A stretch of DNA of 64,000 nucleotides from a virus (lineage: Duplodnaviria > Caudoviricetes): positions 896-64,895 of IMG/VR virus record IMGVR_UViG_3300028581_000001; one strand, 5' to 3'. Shown here in pieces: positions 49,301-61,178 of the stretch. The notes under the pieces were generated by a model, which made no database searches, was not told the DNA's origin, and saw nothing but the letters and a program-made list of their open reading frames with translations. Position 1 is the first letter of the stretch; every line of letters begins with the position of its first letter. Both the position numbers and the translations under genes were made by a program.

Positions 49301-52300
49301 GCTTCTTAATTATAGGATTATTCTTTTTAGCGAACTCAGCAGTCATTGTATCGTTTATAATATCTTCCATTTCTTTTAAAATGAAATTCTCATCAACAAC
49401 ATTTAATGATTGACATTTACTATTAAATTTTTGAAATATATATTCTAATACTTCTTTATATACTTTTGATCATCATAATGCTATTGCTTTATTAAATATA
49501 TCTATTTTTTCTAATAATCATTTAGAATTTCTTAAATCAGAAATTAGTCTTGTAATTCATTTTAAATCTTCTGTTGTTAATTGTCAGAATTTTCATTTCA
49601 TTTCTATATCTTTTTCAATTGATTTGGTTAAATCTTCAACTTTTAAATCTATTGAATCTTTAAGTTTTGGTTTTAATTGTGAAAATGTTGCAAAATTATC
49701 TGAAGTATTTTTAATATAATCAACTGTAAAATTATTTATAATTGAATCTGTATAATTTGTTTTAAATTTATATTTTTTTAAATTTCATAACAATTCTTTT
49801 TTTAATCACTTTTCAATTAAAATTAATTCTTCAATCTTTTTTTGTAAGTTTTCTTTAATTATTTTATCTGGAATAGCTTTCTTTTGTTCTTTTAAAGTAT
49901 TAATTCAATTTTGATTTTTCTTAATCAAATTATTAATATTTATTACATATCTCTTCCATTCTTTTTCTACTTGTGGTTCTAATGTTTTTGCTAAAGAAGA
50001 TTTAAATACTTTATCTCATAATAGAGTTTTAGATAATGGTTCTATTAATTTAGGACTAAGTAATAAATCTGAGAATGCTTTTATGTATTGATCATCCATT
50101 TTTGGATCTACTCAAATCTTTTTTATAATTGCATCTATTAATGGTTTATGTTCTGCATATTTATATGCAATATTATAAATCATTGGCTTAACTAATATTC
50201 ATATATTTTCATTTGCATTTACAAAAATATTATAAATAAAATTATTTAGAACTTCAAATTCTTTTGTATCTGGTTTTATATCTAATATATGTCTAAGTGT
50301 AGCAGTAATATAATCTTTATCTAATACTCAATCAGTAAACATTCAAGTTACTTTAGAACTTGCATGTATTATCCTAGAATTTTTTATTCAAGTTTCTAGA
50401 TCAAATACTCAATCTTTTTCTCAATATTCATAAATAGATCTCATTAATGCTCATACACTCTTAGCATAATTAGAAACTTTATAAATCATTTTTCATTCTT
50501 GAACTATTTTTCAAGAAAGCATATCTTCAAACTCTGATTGTTCAGATAATTCTTTACCTGCTGTTAAATACATTATGAAATTTCTTCATCATTTTTTATC
50601 TTCAATATATCAATATGTAAGATTTAATAATCATTCTTCTCTTGAAAAATAATTAATAAGATCTTCTCATGGTACTACAAAATTATTATCTTTAGCAGCT
50701 TGAAACTCTTTCATTTCATTTATGAAATTTACTTTTCAAAAATTATTTTCTCAATAAATTTCATCTACAACTCATTTAATTAATTTTCATATTTCATTCA
50801 TTAATCAAATCTGTTTATCAATTGGAACTTTACTAACAAATCACATAACTTGAGATCAAGATTTTTTATCTAATGTTCAATTCTTTCAAACTATTGTTCT
50901 AATTGTTTGTTGTATATTATTTTCAGGTACTCAATATGCTTCTCATAATTTAGTTATTGTTTGTTTTCTTGATATCATTACGTTCTTTATTTTCTCTACA
51001 AATAAATCTGTTCATTTATAAATATCAAATGCTGTTCATTTTTTAAATTTATGTCATTCAATAATCATATCATCTTTAATTTTAACTTGTCAGTTTTTAA
51101 TTAAATCAACATAATTTTTTTTAAAATCTTCTATATCATTAAACTTAATATTAATAACTCTTCAAGTATCTCATGGAAAACTAACTTGTATAGATCTTAC
51201 ATATTCTACATTAGAATATGCATCCTGTATTGCTAGAGTATTTTCTCTTATAATATCTAGATATTCTGTTGCTTCATCTTTACTAGGTGCTAATTTAATT
51301 TGTTGTATAGCTTGTTTAATTTCTATAACTTTAGTTTCATAATATGAATCATTTTTTGGTGGTGTAACCTTTCTATCATAAGTTCATTTTCATGTTGCAA
51401 CATTTAATGCATCATTTAAATATTTATCTTGCAATAATTTATTTACTTCATATTCTTTACTTCATGATTTTAAATCATATCATTTTAATACAGCATCATC
51501 CATTGCATCAAATTGTCTTCATGTAATTCATGTAACATCTTCCAGATGTAATCATATTCATTCTGCAGTTACTATTTCTTTTAGTCTTCATTCTTCCATT
51601 CATAGAATATTTTTAGACATAAAGTTAAATAGTTCAGCAGGTTTATCAAAAATTTCTTTTACTTTTGCAGGTGAAAAAACTGTATATGCAATTTCTTTTC
51701 ATTTCTCCATTAATTTAATTGCACTATTTCTATCTAGTTTAATATTATTTTGTGTGTCTAGAGCCTTAACAAAATCATCTACTGCAGCTCAGTCTTCCTT
51801 ATAAATATAATTATACATTATACTATTCTTTGCTTTTTGTGCAGTTTCATAACCAAGTGATCAAACCTGAATTATTCATTTTCCTGCTCAATATATTGCT
51901 GTATCAAATACCAATCATGTTATCATATTAAAGTTTTCTGATACATCTGATGGTGCTTGCATCATTGTATTATCTATAATTGCATCTCATGGTGCTCATT
52001 GTAATAAACTATTAGTAGCTCATTTCATTCATTTAGTTATTTTAGAATCCATTACTTTTGGAAATACTTTTAATATGCTTTCTCAAAATCAAATATTTGT
52101 TTTAATTAAAAGTCATATTCATTTATCTGCTACTAATGCTGCTCATTTTGTAATTCACTTTGTTACTAATCAGGTTCATGCTGTTGCTGTCGCTAATGAT
52201 AATAATGCATCTGGATTATATGCTATTACCGATAGAAACTTATCTAGGTTTCATTTGTCTGCAGTTATTAAGCTTCTATATTCTTGTCTAATATAATGTG

Positions 52301-53708
52301 GAACTTCATCTTTATCATTATCATAAACCTTATCAAAAATTCTTTCAACTGTTGCAGCAGAATATGAATATGCATCCATTAATGATTTAAAAGTATCAAT
52401 AGGTCAAGATAGAAATCTATCTTTCATTTGTTTTAAATTTGTTGCTTGAGATATAGATGTTATTAATGATTCTTTAGATCTTAATTTATCTTTATCTTCT
52501 TCGGATAAAGATTGATATGCCTGCTTAATTGCTTTCTGTCTAACTTCTTCATCATTTTCTTTATTATAAGATGGATCATTTTTTAATATAGCATATCTTC
52601 TAACCATTTCAAGATCCATATTATATCATACATCTGATATTTCTTTAAACTTTGCAGCAATTTTTTCATTATCTGGAAGATCTTCCATTCATAAAAGTTC
52701 TAGATAATATTGTTTATCAGTTGTCGCCTTTTCTACAATCTGATCTTTAAGATTCATAAAAGTTGTTCATCATATTCATACAATATTTTTTGCATCCTTA
52801 GCAAAATCTTCATCAAACTTTTCTGACATCTTATTATTTAATTCTCATATAAGAGTAAAAGTATCATTTCATTTTACTAATGCATCTTGTTTTATTTGTA
52901 TTTCATTATAAACTTCTTCTCATGTTTTTTCTCAATTTGCTTTAATAGAATTATTTAAATAATTCTTAAGCTCATTTTGTTTTTCAGTATATTCTGTTTG
53001 ATATCATCAAATGGATTCTTGTAATGTTGCAGCTTGACTTAATATATTTGATTGTGCAAATGGATCTAATAAATCTAATTGCATTTTTTGAAAATTAGAA
53101 AAATCTTCTTGATCAGTAATTGTTGTAATTCATTTTTCTGATAGATATTGTTTTTCAACTTGTTTACTAAAATCTCTATATTCTGTAAATCTAGGATCTA
53201 CACTTGATATATCATGAATTTTTTTCTGTCTATCTCTTAATAAACTTTCATATTCTTTAACTTTAGCTTCAAAATCTTTTTGAACTATTCATTCATTTAA
53301 AGAATTTTTAAGTCATGTTCAATTTAATACATCACTTCATTTACTAATTCACATTCAAGTTAAACCTTTTACTAAATCCCATGCCATTCATAATCATCAT
53401 AGATTTTTAAATCTATTTGAAAGTGATCTATCTTCATCTGATATCTTAGGCTTTTCTCAATATTTATCTTGAAGATCATAATATTCTATTGGATTAACAA
53501 TTCAATCCCATAATCATGCAATTCACTTTTGTTCAATTTTATTTTCAACTCATTCAATTGCATCCTTTCCCCAGTTAATAACTGAAGAAGCAGTATCTGC
53601 TACTGCATCTACTGCTTGTGTTCATAGCTCAACTGCTCAACTAGCTACATTTGAAATTCATTCTCATACAGCTTCAGCTGCATTTATAATACCTTCTAGT
53701 GGTGTCAT
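40323..53708 (-). CDS. Giant (4461 aa) putative virion-packaged two-barrel RNA polymerase polyprotein
   Basis: One frame (track ORFs at 44019, 47376 and 52404 are in frame); QDGTSFIS, FKDHF..GKTLF, YRYPVP and GDNDGD (46383-46400). Confidence 0.75.
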
Positions 53709-53771
53709 ATTTAAATAATTATGTAAATAATATAAAACTTACTATTCTATGTTAAGTTTATAACTTATAGA

Positions 53772-54470
53772 TTAGTCTATTGTTTTTTCTTCTGTGTCTC
53801 ATAGTTCAATATACTGAACTACATCTCATTTCATTTCTGGATCAATTTCATATTTAACATATGCCATCAATGCATTCCTATGAGATTTAAATTTAGATTT
53901 CATTAACTTAGAATCTAAAAGAATTTCTTTTTGTTTTGATTTCATTTTTAATCATTGCACTATATCAACATAGTCTTCTGTTTTAAACTTCATTAAATCT
54001 TGTAATCATTTTCAATTGTATGATACTCAAGATTTTCATTTAAAAGAAAATACTTTATTGTTTACATTTACTTTCTCTGGAGCTTCTAAAAATTTTGTAA
54101 TTGTTTTTCTTCAGTTTATAACATCTCAAATTATTTGAAAGTTTGGTTTTCAGTTTGTTGCAAGAATTATTTCATATGATAATTCTTGTGCAATAATTTT
54201 TAATTTACCTCAAACAATTACATTATTATGTACAAACGATCAGCATTCAGATAATAATTTCTGAACTAATCATAAATTTGGAACATCATTAGTTCAATCT
54301 CTTGCGCTTCATATTCCTATACTATTCCAAAATTGCATTATTGTTATGAGTAATTTAAATCTTCACTCTATATCTGATGTATCAATTCAAATCAATTCTG
54401 ATATTGAAGCTCTACCATGATATGCTCTTTCATTTCAAACTAATGATTGTTTAAGTTCTTCTAAAAACAT
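53772..54470 (-). CDS. Hypothetical protein (232 aa)
   Basis: Open with TGA=Gly; first gene upstream of the giant ORF. Confidence 0.7.
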
Positions 54471-54527
54471 ATTTATATTGTTAAAAATTAATGAATCTAG
54501 TATATTTATTTAAAAATAAAAATCAAA

Positions 54528-54556
54528 TAAAAAGTCCTGATATACAGGACTTCATT
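54528..54556 (-). terminator. Terminator after primase-helicase
   Basis: AAGTCCTG/CAGGACTT stem plus T-run. Confidence 0.65.
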
Positions 54557-54557
54557 T

Positions 54558-56264
54558 TTATATAAATCATTGAACAGAATTTTTAGTTAATTTTATGTCT
54601 CAAGTTGAAAAATCTATTTTAACAAAGAACTCTTGTCATTTCTTTCAGAATTTATTCTTTGCTATTGAAAGTTTTATTTCATTTGAATCCTCATATAAAA
54701 TAAATATCACATCACTAGATTGAAATAAATCTCAAGATCATTTCAACATAACTTTATTTCATTCTTTCTCTCTAGAGTCGTTGTTAACTTGTGATAGACT
54801 GAAGACTACACAGTTATTTCTAATGGCCATCTTCTGTATTTCTCCTGCAAGAGTTGACATCTTCTCGTAAGATGATACTGCAGGACAAGTAAATCATTGT
54901 ATGAAGTCTATAAATACTATATCAAACTTTTCCATTTCAGTTGTTTTAATAATTCAATCTAGTGTAGAAATATTATCATACAGATATAAATTTTTAAAAT
55001 CATCTCTGTTAATCTTGATCTCTCATTTAAGAATTGAATTGAAATGTTTTTTGTAATATGCCTTAGCAATATATCAAAGAAGCAATCATGTGTCAACTTC
55101 TATTGAGAAGTATCAAACTTTTTTTCCTGCTTTAACAAAATGATTTACATATTCATAACTGAATTGTGATTTTCATGTGTTAGAGAATCATCCGATAGTA
55201 TAAACCTTTCATTCAATAATTCATTGAGTTTCTTTATCAAGTAATTCAAATGGGCCTTTCTGTCACATTTGTCATCTAGCTTGAAAAATACTTTTAATAC
55301 TTTCAAACTTTGCAAATGCAAGATCAATGTTCTTTGGTTCTTTGGTTCTATCTTGCTCAATACATTCTAGAACTTCTGCTCATATTCAACTAGATACAAT
55401 TAGTTCATTGATATCTTTAACTTCATATGGTGCAAGATCGAATACAGAAAACTTAATGTCTTTAAGATTTTCTAATATAGCTTTACCTGCTTCATCATTA
55501 TCAGGTATAAGAATAATCTCATATCACTTTTTATAGAATGCTCTCACTACATCTTGTCATTCATTTGCTGACTTAAGGCCAATAACATTTACTCAAAATT
55601 GAGCAAGTGATAAGAAATCAAACATTCATTCTACTACATAAACCTTTTTAACTTCCTTATTCATTGTAGTTAGAAAGCATCACTTAGAGTTTGTTCACTT
55701 TTCTATCATGAATTTTTTCTCTGTAATGGATCTATTCTGAATTGATATTATTCAATTTACATCATATAATGAGCAAGAAACGTATCATTGATTATTTTTG
55801 ATATAAGTATCGACTTTCGTATAATCTATTCACCTACCCCTACAGAATTCAATCTGGTCATCATTTAAATTTGGAAGTGAATTCCATTTATCAAAAACTT
55901 TTTTCTTGACATCTAAAGGAATTTCCATATTATGTTGTTTGTTAGTTAGTAAATTAGTTTGAAGATCCCTTTTGGTCAGGGGATCTTTTTGTTCATCTTG
56001 AAGATTGAACGTGTCCTTAAACCGAATTACTGCTTCTCATTTGTCTAATCCATTGTACTTCATGATGAATGATAGTCTGTCTCAGAATGCTCTCTTACCA
56101 GAGAAATCAGATATAATATTAAGATTTGTATCTGCTTTCCATCAATCAGTTGGTTGTCAATGCTCGAATAAATTTAAAGTGTGTCCTGATACAGAGTATC
56201 TAATTCATACTGATCTCAGTATGTCTTCTAGTTTTATAGAATTGATTTGTTCAAAAATATTCAT
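54558..56264 (-). CDS. DNA primase-helicase (TOPRIM + DnaB-like), 568 aa
   Basis: VVEGMFD, IPDNDEAG, GGFSNTGKS, FIDFIQ, LSQVN, GSGDLFQSSD, IAKNK. Confidence 0.9.
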
Positions 56265-56289
56265 TAGTTTTCTCAAATAAAAAAATAAA

Positions 56290-57135
56290 TTAATTAGGAC
56301 TATATGGTTCTGTAGATCTTGTAATCCATTTACGAAGTCTAGCTTTTAGATTATAAATTTCATTATCTTTTTTCTCTCAATAGTATGCAATGAATTTATC
56401 TAGTTCATTCATAACAACTTCAGTTCAAGTAAAATTTCAATCTCTATCTTTTTTAAATCTATCAGGATATTTTTCTAAAAAAAAGTCTATCATCCAATCA
56501 TATATGTTTTTTAACTGTTGTAATGTAAATGATTGTTTTATATTTGCTTCTTCTAAAATGTCGCAAAGTTTCTTTGTTCATCTTTTTTCTCACATAAAAG
56601 AATAAATTTCTTCTCTTGTTGGTATAATTAAAACTTCTAGCACATCACTTTTCTTTTTTTTCTTAGCCCTTATAGGTAGCATGTTACCAGTAGTATTATA
56701 GTCATGTATATTATTATTTATATGAGATATATTATTATATATATCTGTAGTATTATTACTGTCGTTCTCACCGACTACGTCGTTCACATCGACTTCACTC
56801 ACAACTTCTCACTCAGTATCGTCTATGTAATCAAGAATTTGTACTTGATATAAATTTACAAAACATTCAGTTTTACTCTTCCATCTTTTATATTTTTTAA
56901 TTATTTTTAAAGATTCTAATTCTTTTATTCATTTCATTATAGAATCTCTTCAACATTTATTTTTTTCTGCTAAATCCTGAATTGCTATTTCAGCTACTCA
57001 ATTTTTATTTGCATAAAAACATAATGTTATGTAAACGCATTTTGCATATATATTCATATCTTCTAAAAAATCTTTATTAGGAACTGTCATAAAAGTAGTT
57101 GGTGCAAATTTAATTTGCGATTTATTATTATTCAT
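56290..57135 (-). CDS. Replication initiator with N-terminal winged HTH (281 aa)
   Basis: FMTVPN..AKCVYITL..IQDLAE..IKELE; Asn-rich linker; KFIAYY..LRKW C-domain. Confidence 0.7.
56761..56793. repeat. Two GTCG-N7-CGAC iteron-like palindromes
   Basis: GTCGTTCTCACCGAC and GTCGTTCACATCGAC beside an AT-rich tract inside the initiator gene. Confidence 0.5.
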
Positions 57136-57152
57136 AATATATTTAATTAATA

Positions 57153-57365
57153 TTAAAGCTGAACTCATTCATAATTTATTTCTTCTCAATCATTATCTAC
57201 CATTTTTTTTGTAATCATATATATGTCATCTATTTTTATTATAAATGGTCATATATCTAAAAACTTTTTAGTTTCTAGTTTTTTAAGTATAGTCTCTGTA
57301 TCTTCATGATTCATCTCTAATGGAGAATCATATCATCTTACATGTAAGATTAATTCTAATTTCAT
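57153..57365 (-). CDS. Hypothetical protein (70 aa)
   Basis: Open with TGA=Gly; leads the replication operon. Confidence 0.55.
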
Positions 57366-57394
57366 AATATAAAAAGTTAAAATAAATAAAATAA

Positions 57395-57506
57395 AAAACC
57401 ACCTTCTCTAATGTCGTGTTGAGCAAGTGGTTTTGTATGTTCTTTTTTATCTGGTATATTCTGACCTGAAAACACGACTAATCAAATCAGAATATACCAA
57501 AACATA
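57395..57506 (-). promoter_or_regulatory. Structured leader with kissing-loop potential
   Basis: Two hairpins with complementary loops GTCGTGTT / AACACGAC. Confidence 0.55.
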
Positions 57507-57530
57507 TAACAAATATTAAAGAACAATTTC

Positions 57531-57620
57531 ATTGTATTCATTTTTTAAATCCTGTCAAAACTTTTTTTTAAAAAAGAAAGTTATAATTAAATTTGACAAT
57601 GTTAATTAAATTAATATATT
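57531..57620. promoter_or_regulatory. Divergent sigma70-like promoters
   Basis: Minus TTGACA-N16-TACAAT (57558-57531); plus TTGACA-N16-TATATT (57593-57620). Confidence 0.55.
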
Positions 57621-57673
57621 AAGATCAACTTATATAGTTATAAGTTATATTTTATTTAATAACCATATTTCTA

Positions 57674-57955
57674 ATGCTTAGAAAGAATGATATTGCAGAA
57701 CTCATTGCAGGTGAGTTTAGCATGAAAAAATCAGAAGCAAACAAAGTATTGGACTTCGTCATATGATCAATTAAACTTGAATTGATCAAATGAAATGATG
57801 TCATTATACCTACTTTGTTTACTTTGTCTGTTAAGAATGCAATAGGTAGAACTGTTATAGTTCCATCTACATGAGAAGTATCTGATGCTAAAATATATAA
57901 AAAGCTCAGATGTAAATTCTCTACGAAGTTTAAGAATCAAGTTAAGAATATTTAA
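57674..57955 (+). CDS. hup: HU family DNA-binding protein (93 aa)
   Basis: MLRKNDIAELIA..KKSEANKVLD..GNDVII..PSTGE..KFSTKFKNQV. Confidence 0.8.
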
Positions 57956-57980
57956 TTTTATTTATTTACTATAATCATTT

Positions 57981-58295
57981 ATGAATGAAGATTTTCAAAC
58001 ATCACAGGTACGCAAATATGCTGATGTGATTTACTCATGACTAGAGTCTAAATTGTCTGAAGCAATAATTGATAAGCTTTGACTTCAAGAAACTTATACT
58101 GATGAAGAATGAAAAGAAATGCCAGTTGAGTTCGAATACGCATTTAAAGTATTGAAAGATCAATGATATACTTTGAACCACATCATCAAAGAAGAATGAT
58201 GAACTGCTACACTAGTAATAAGATTCTTTAAGATAGATACTGAAGTTACTTATGATATTAAAACTACTTATTCTATTTCTGTAACCAAATCCTAA
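57981..58295 (+). CDS. Hypothetical protein (104 aa)
   Basis: Open with TGA=Gly. Confidence 0.7.
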
Positions 58296-58296
58296 T

Positions 58297-58524
58297 ATGT
58301 TATACTTTATTATTATAGTTATATTTTGATTAGTAATTGGATTACTAATCAAAGTTAATCTAGATTTACAATTAGAAATCAATAGGCTTGAAGATAAGGT
58401 ATTAGACATGTTAGATGAATCAGATGAAATAAATAGAGAACTTAAAAGTAAGACTACTCTACTATATCAAGCTCGTGAGTCAAGAGACTCATGGAAGTCT
58501 AAATATGAAGAGTTTAAAAAATAA
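58297..58524 (+). CDS. TM-anchored coiled-coil protein (75 aa)
   Basis: N-terminal hydrophobic helix. Confidence 0.65.
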
Positions 58525-58547
58525 TTTATTAACTAACCTAACTAACA

Positions 58548-59057
58548 ATGTACGAAGAAACCGTAAATACAGATACGCTATTACTAGACTTATCTGAAAT
58601 TAAATTAAATAGATCTTGAATCATGCAGAGTTTCAAGTTCTGAAAACTAAATCTTACTAAGGATCTTTATTGGGAATTAGTCATAGATATCTTTGATGAT
58701 ATGGATCAAATCAATATGGATTATAATTGTGTGTTTGTAAAAGATCCATCGTGATATAATAGATCTCTTAGATGAATTTTAAATGAATTTAGATCACCAC
58801 AGAAATCTTTAGATCCAGATTTATACTATATAGCAAGAGCTAATAAACTTCATAAAGAATATGAAGAAGAATCAAAGCAAATGGAAACAATAGATTTTGT
58901 AACTAAAGTTTCTAAGTATGAAACTAAAGCTAAAACAAATCAAATCAAACTATTTGTATCTAAGGATGTTGCAGAGTTCATTACAAATCATATCCAAGAT
59001 ATGAAAGATTCTGAATGAAAATCTAAGTATGCATTAATATTCCTTAATAATAATTAA
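58548..59057 (+). CDS. Hypothetical protein (169 aa)
   Basis: Open with TGA=Gly. Confidence 0.7.
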
Positions 59058-59058
59058 T

Positions 59059-59250
59059 ATGACTGACATGATTATAGATGATCCATCTATTGATATGAAA
59101 CCAACACATTCATTTAATGGTCCAACTAATAGACAGGAACGCAGACATCCACATCCATGAATTTCTAAATATAAAATAAATAGATTCCCAAATTCATTCT
59201 ACGCTATGGCCAAACTAATAAGAAAACGAAGAAAGGCTAAGTGATACTAA
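59059..59250 (+). CDS. Small basic protein (63 aa)
   Basis: NRQERRH motif and basic C-terminus. Confidence 0.55.
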
Positions 59251-59287
59251 AATAAAACCCCGTAATAATTTACGGGGTTATTTTTAT
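59251..59287. terminator. Bidirectional terminator between convergent genes
   Basis: AACCCCGTAA/TTACGGGGTT. Confidence 0.8.
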
Positions 59288-59610
59288 TCTAAAGTATCTA
59301 GATATATTTTGAGTAGAATACAATAGTTTGCTAAGTCAACTAATGAATCTGTAATGGACTCATCTTTTACTTGATTAGCAACTCCTTGAAATTTTCGCTG
59401 TAGCAGGTTTGTAATTCTACTTACCTTATCAGACTGCCTTACAAGTAATCAAGTGGCTACATCCGTAATTCCTAGTACCTCTACGAGCTCAAAATTTTTA
59501 AATGCTACGTCTCAAGAATAGTCTGCATTCTTTTTAACTGCAGTTTCATACATATCATTTGTAATATCTCTAAAGATTTTCAACATTTCTGTTGATTGTA
59601 AACTGTTCAT
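59284..59610 (-). CDS. DUF1599 / nucleotide modification associated domain 1-like protein
   Basis: KNADYSGD..FKNF..VRQSDKVSRI..DESITDSLVDLANY. Confidence 0.75.
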
Positions 59611-59652
59611 AGTTCATAGTTAATAGTAAACTGTAAATTTTTACAGGATGGC

Positions 59653-61146
59653 TTAGAAATCATTCTGAAGTCTTTTAATTTGCATGTCAGCAGTCTTAAA
59701 TTGATTCTCCTGTATTATAACATATCATGGTTCTGATCTGTATCAATTAGTTTTATCGTAAAGACCTTGTCATCAAAGTCAAGTAGTCTTGAACCATATG
59801 CACTTTGGATACTCTTTAAAGTTAAGATGATGTTTATCTCAACTAAAAATAATATTATATCTGGTAAGATCTCAATATAGAACCAGAATCTTCTCTGGTG
59901 ATAACTTATCGAAACTACCATCACCATGTGCTATTATATAATGTATATTTCCTATATCCATTATAGAAATTGTATCACGAAGATACTGAATTTCAATTTC
60001 AGATTTAGAAAGACCACGTTTAATCATTTCATATATCACAAGTCATCATGTCTTTTGTACATCCATGTCCTTTGCTTGTGTCATCCTATCATGATTTCAT
60101 GGGATTCCTGTAAAGTATACCATCTTTCCTGCTTTCTTGATGGCCAATAAGAATTTTTCTAGAATAACTACAATATTCATCATCAAATCAAATCCATATC
60201 ACCATTCCTGCTCTGTACCATAGGCTAATTGTCATGGATGCATTCAATCTTGTGTAAGAGTTTCAGCAAGATCTCCAAAACAATTTATATAAATTAGATC
60301 TTCCTCTGATTTTATGATATCATGTAGTATATAGTCTAGTCTTTCTATGATTTTCTTAGTTCATATCTTACCTATGTGTAGGTCTGATAGGTTATACTGC
60401 TTTGATTCATAGTTCTTAGGTGGTTCTATCTTGAAATCTATCTCTAATGGCTTATGATTATCTATATATTTCTGTACGAATTCTAGAAACGCCTGATTGC
60501 TAGATACAACTTGTAGTGCACTCTTAACTTTAGCTTCATGTGCCTTTTTTAATTTCTGTTTATATTTATTTGAGATATGATCTGAAGTCATCTCATCAAT
60601 AGTTCAGTCAAGTTCTTCCTCTCATAAAGAATTAAGTGTAATATCTGACACTACATTTGATCACTTGTTAAGATTCAGTTGATTTTTTAATACTCACCAT
60701 GCCTTTCAACTCAATCAATACTTATCCATTATGTTCTGTCCAGTAAGATTATGACCATGATGTGCATAGTCTTTGTAGATTGCATCTATTGTTGATAGTT
60801 TGAATGGTATTGGCTCGAAGTAATCCTCACCTGTAACTGATTCTGTTACTTTAATTCTAAGAATAACATAAGTTTCTCACTTAACTTTCTTAGTTTCTGG
60901 TAATTCATCTGTGAATAACTCATTCATTCTAGTTATAGAATCTTTTACCTCTGAAATATTTTCTTTTATAAGATCAACTTTCTTTTCAAGTTGTTTTATT
61001 ATCTGATATATCTGAGGTGATTCTAATGTTATCTTAAATTTTTCTTTTACTTTTTGTTTAATGATTTTATTTCTTTCTTGATTTGAGATTTCTCATAAAG
61101 AATAATACTGCTCTTTGATATAATCTCTGATTGACTTATTGATCAT
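59653..61146 (-). CDS. Calcineurin-like metallophosphoesterase with N-terminal extension (497 aa)
   Basis: SDLHIG, GDLAE, GNHDR, AHGD, GDKHH. Confidence 0.85.
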
Positions 61147-61178
61147 ATGTGTTGTTAGTTAAAAAAAACTAGGCTATG

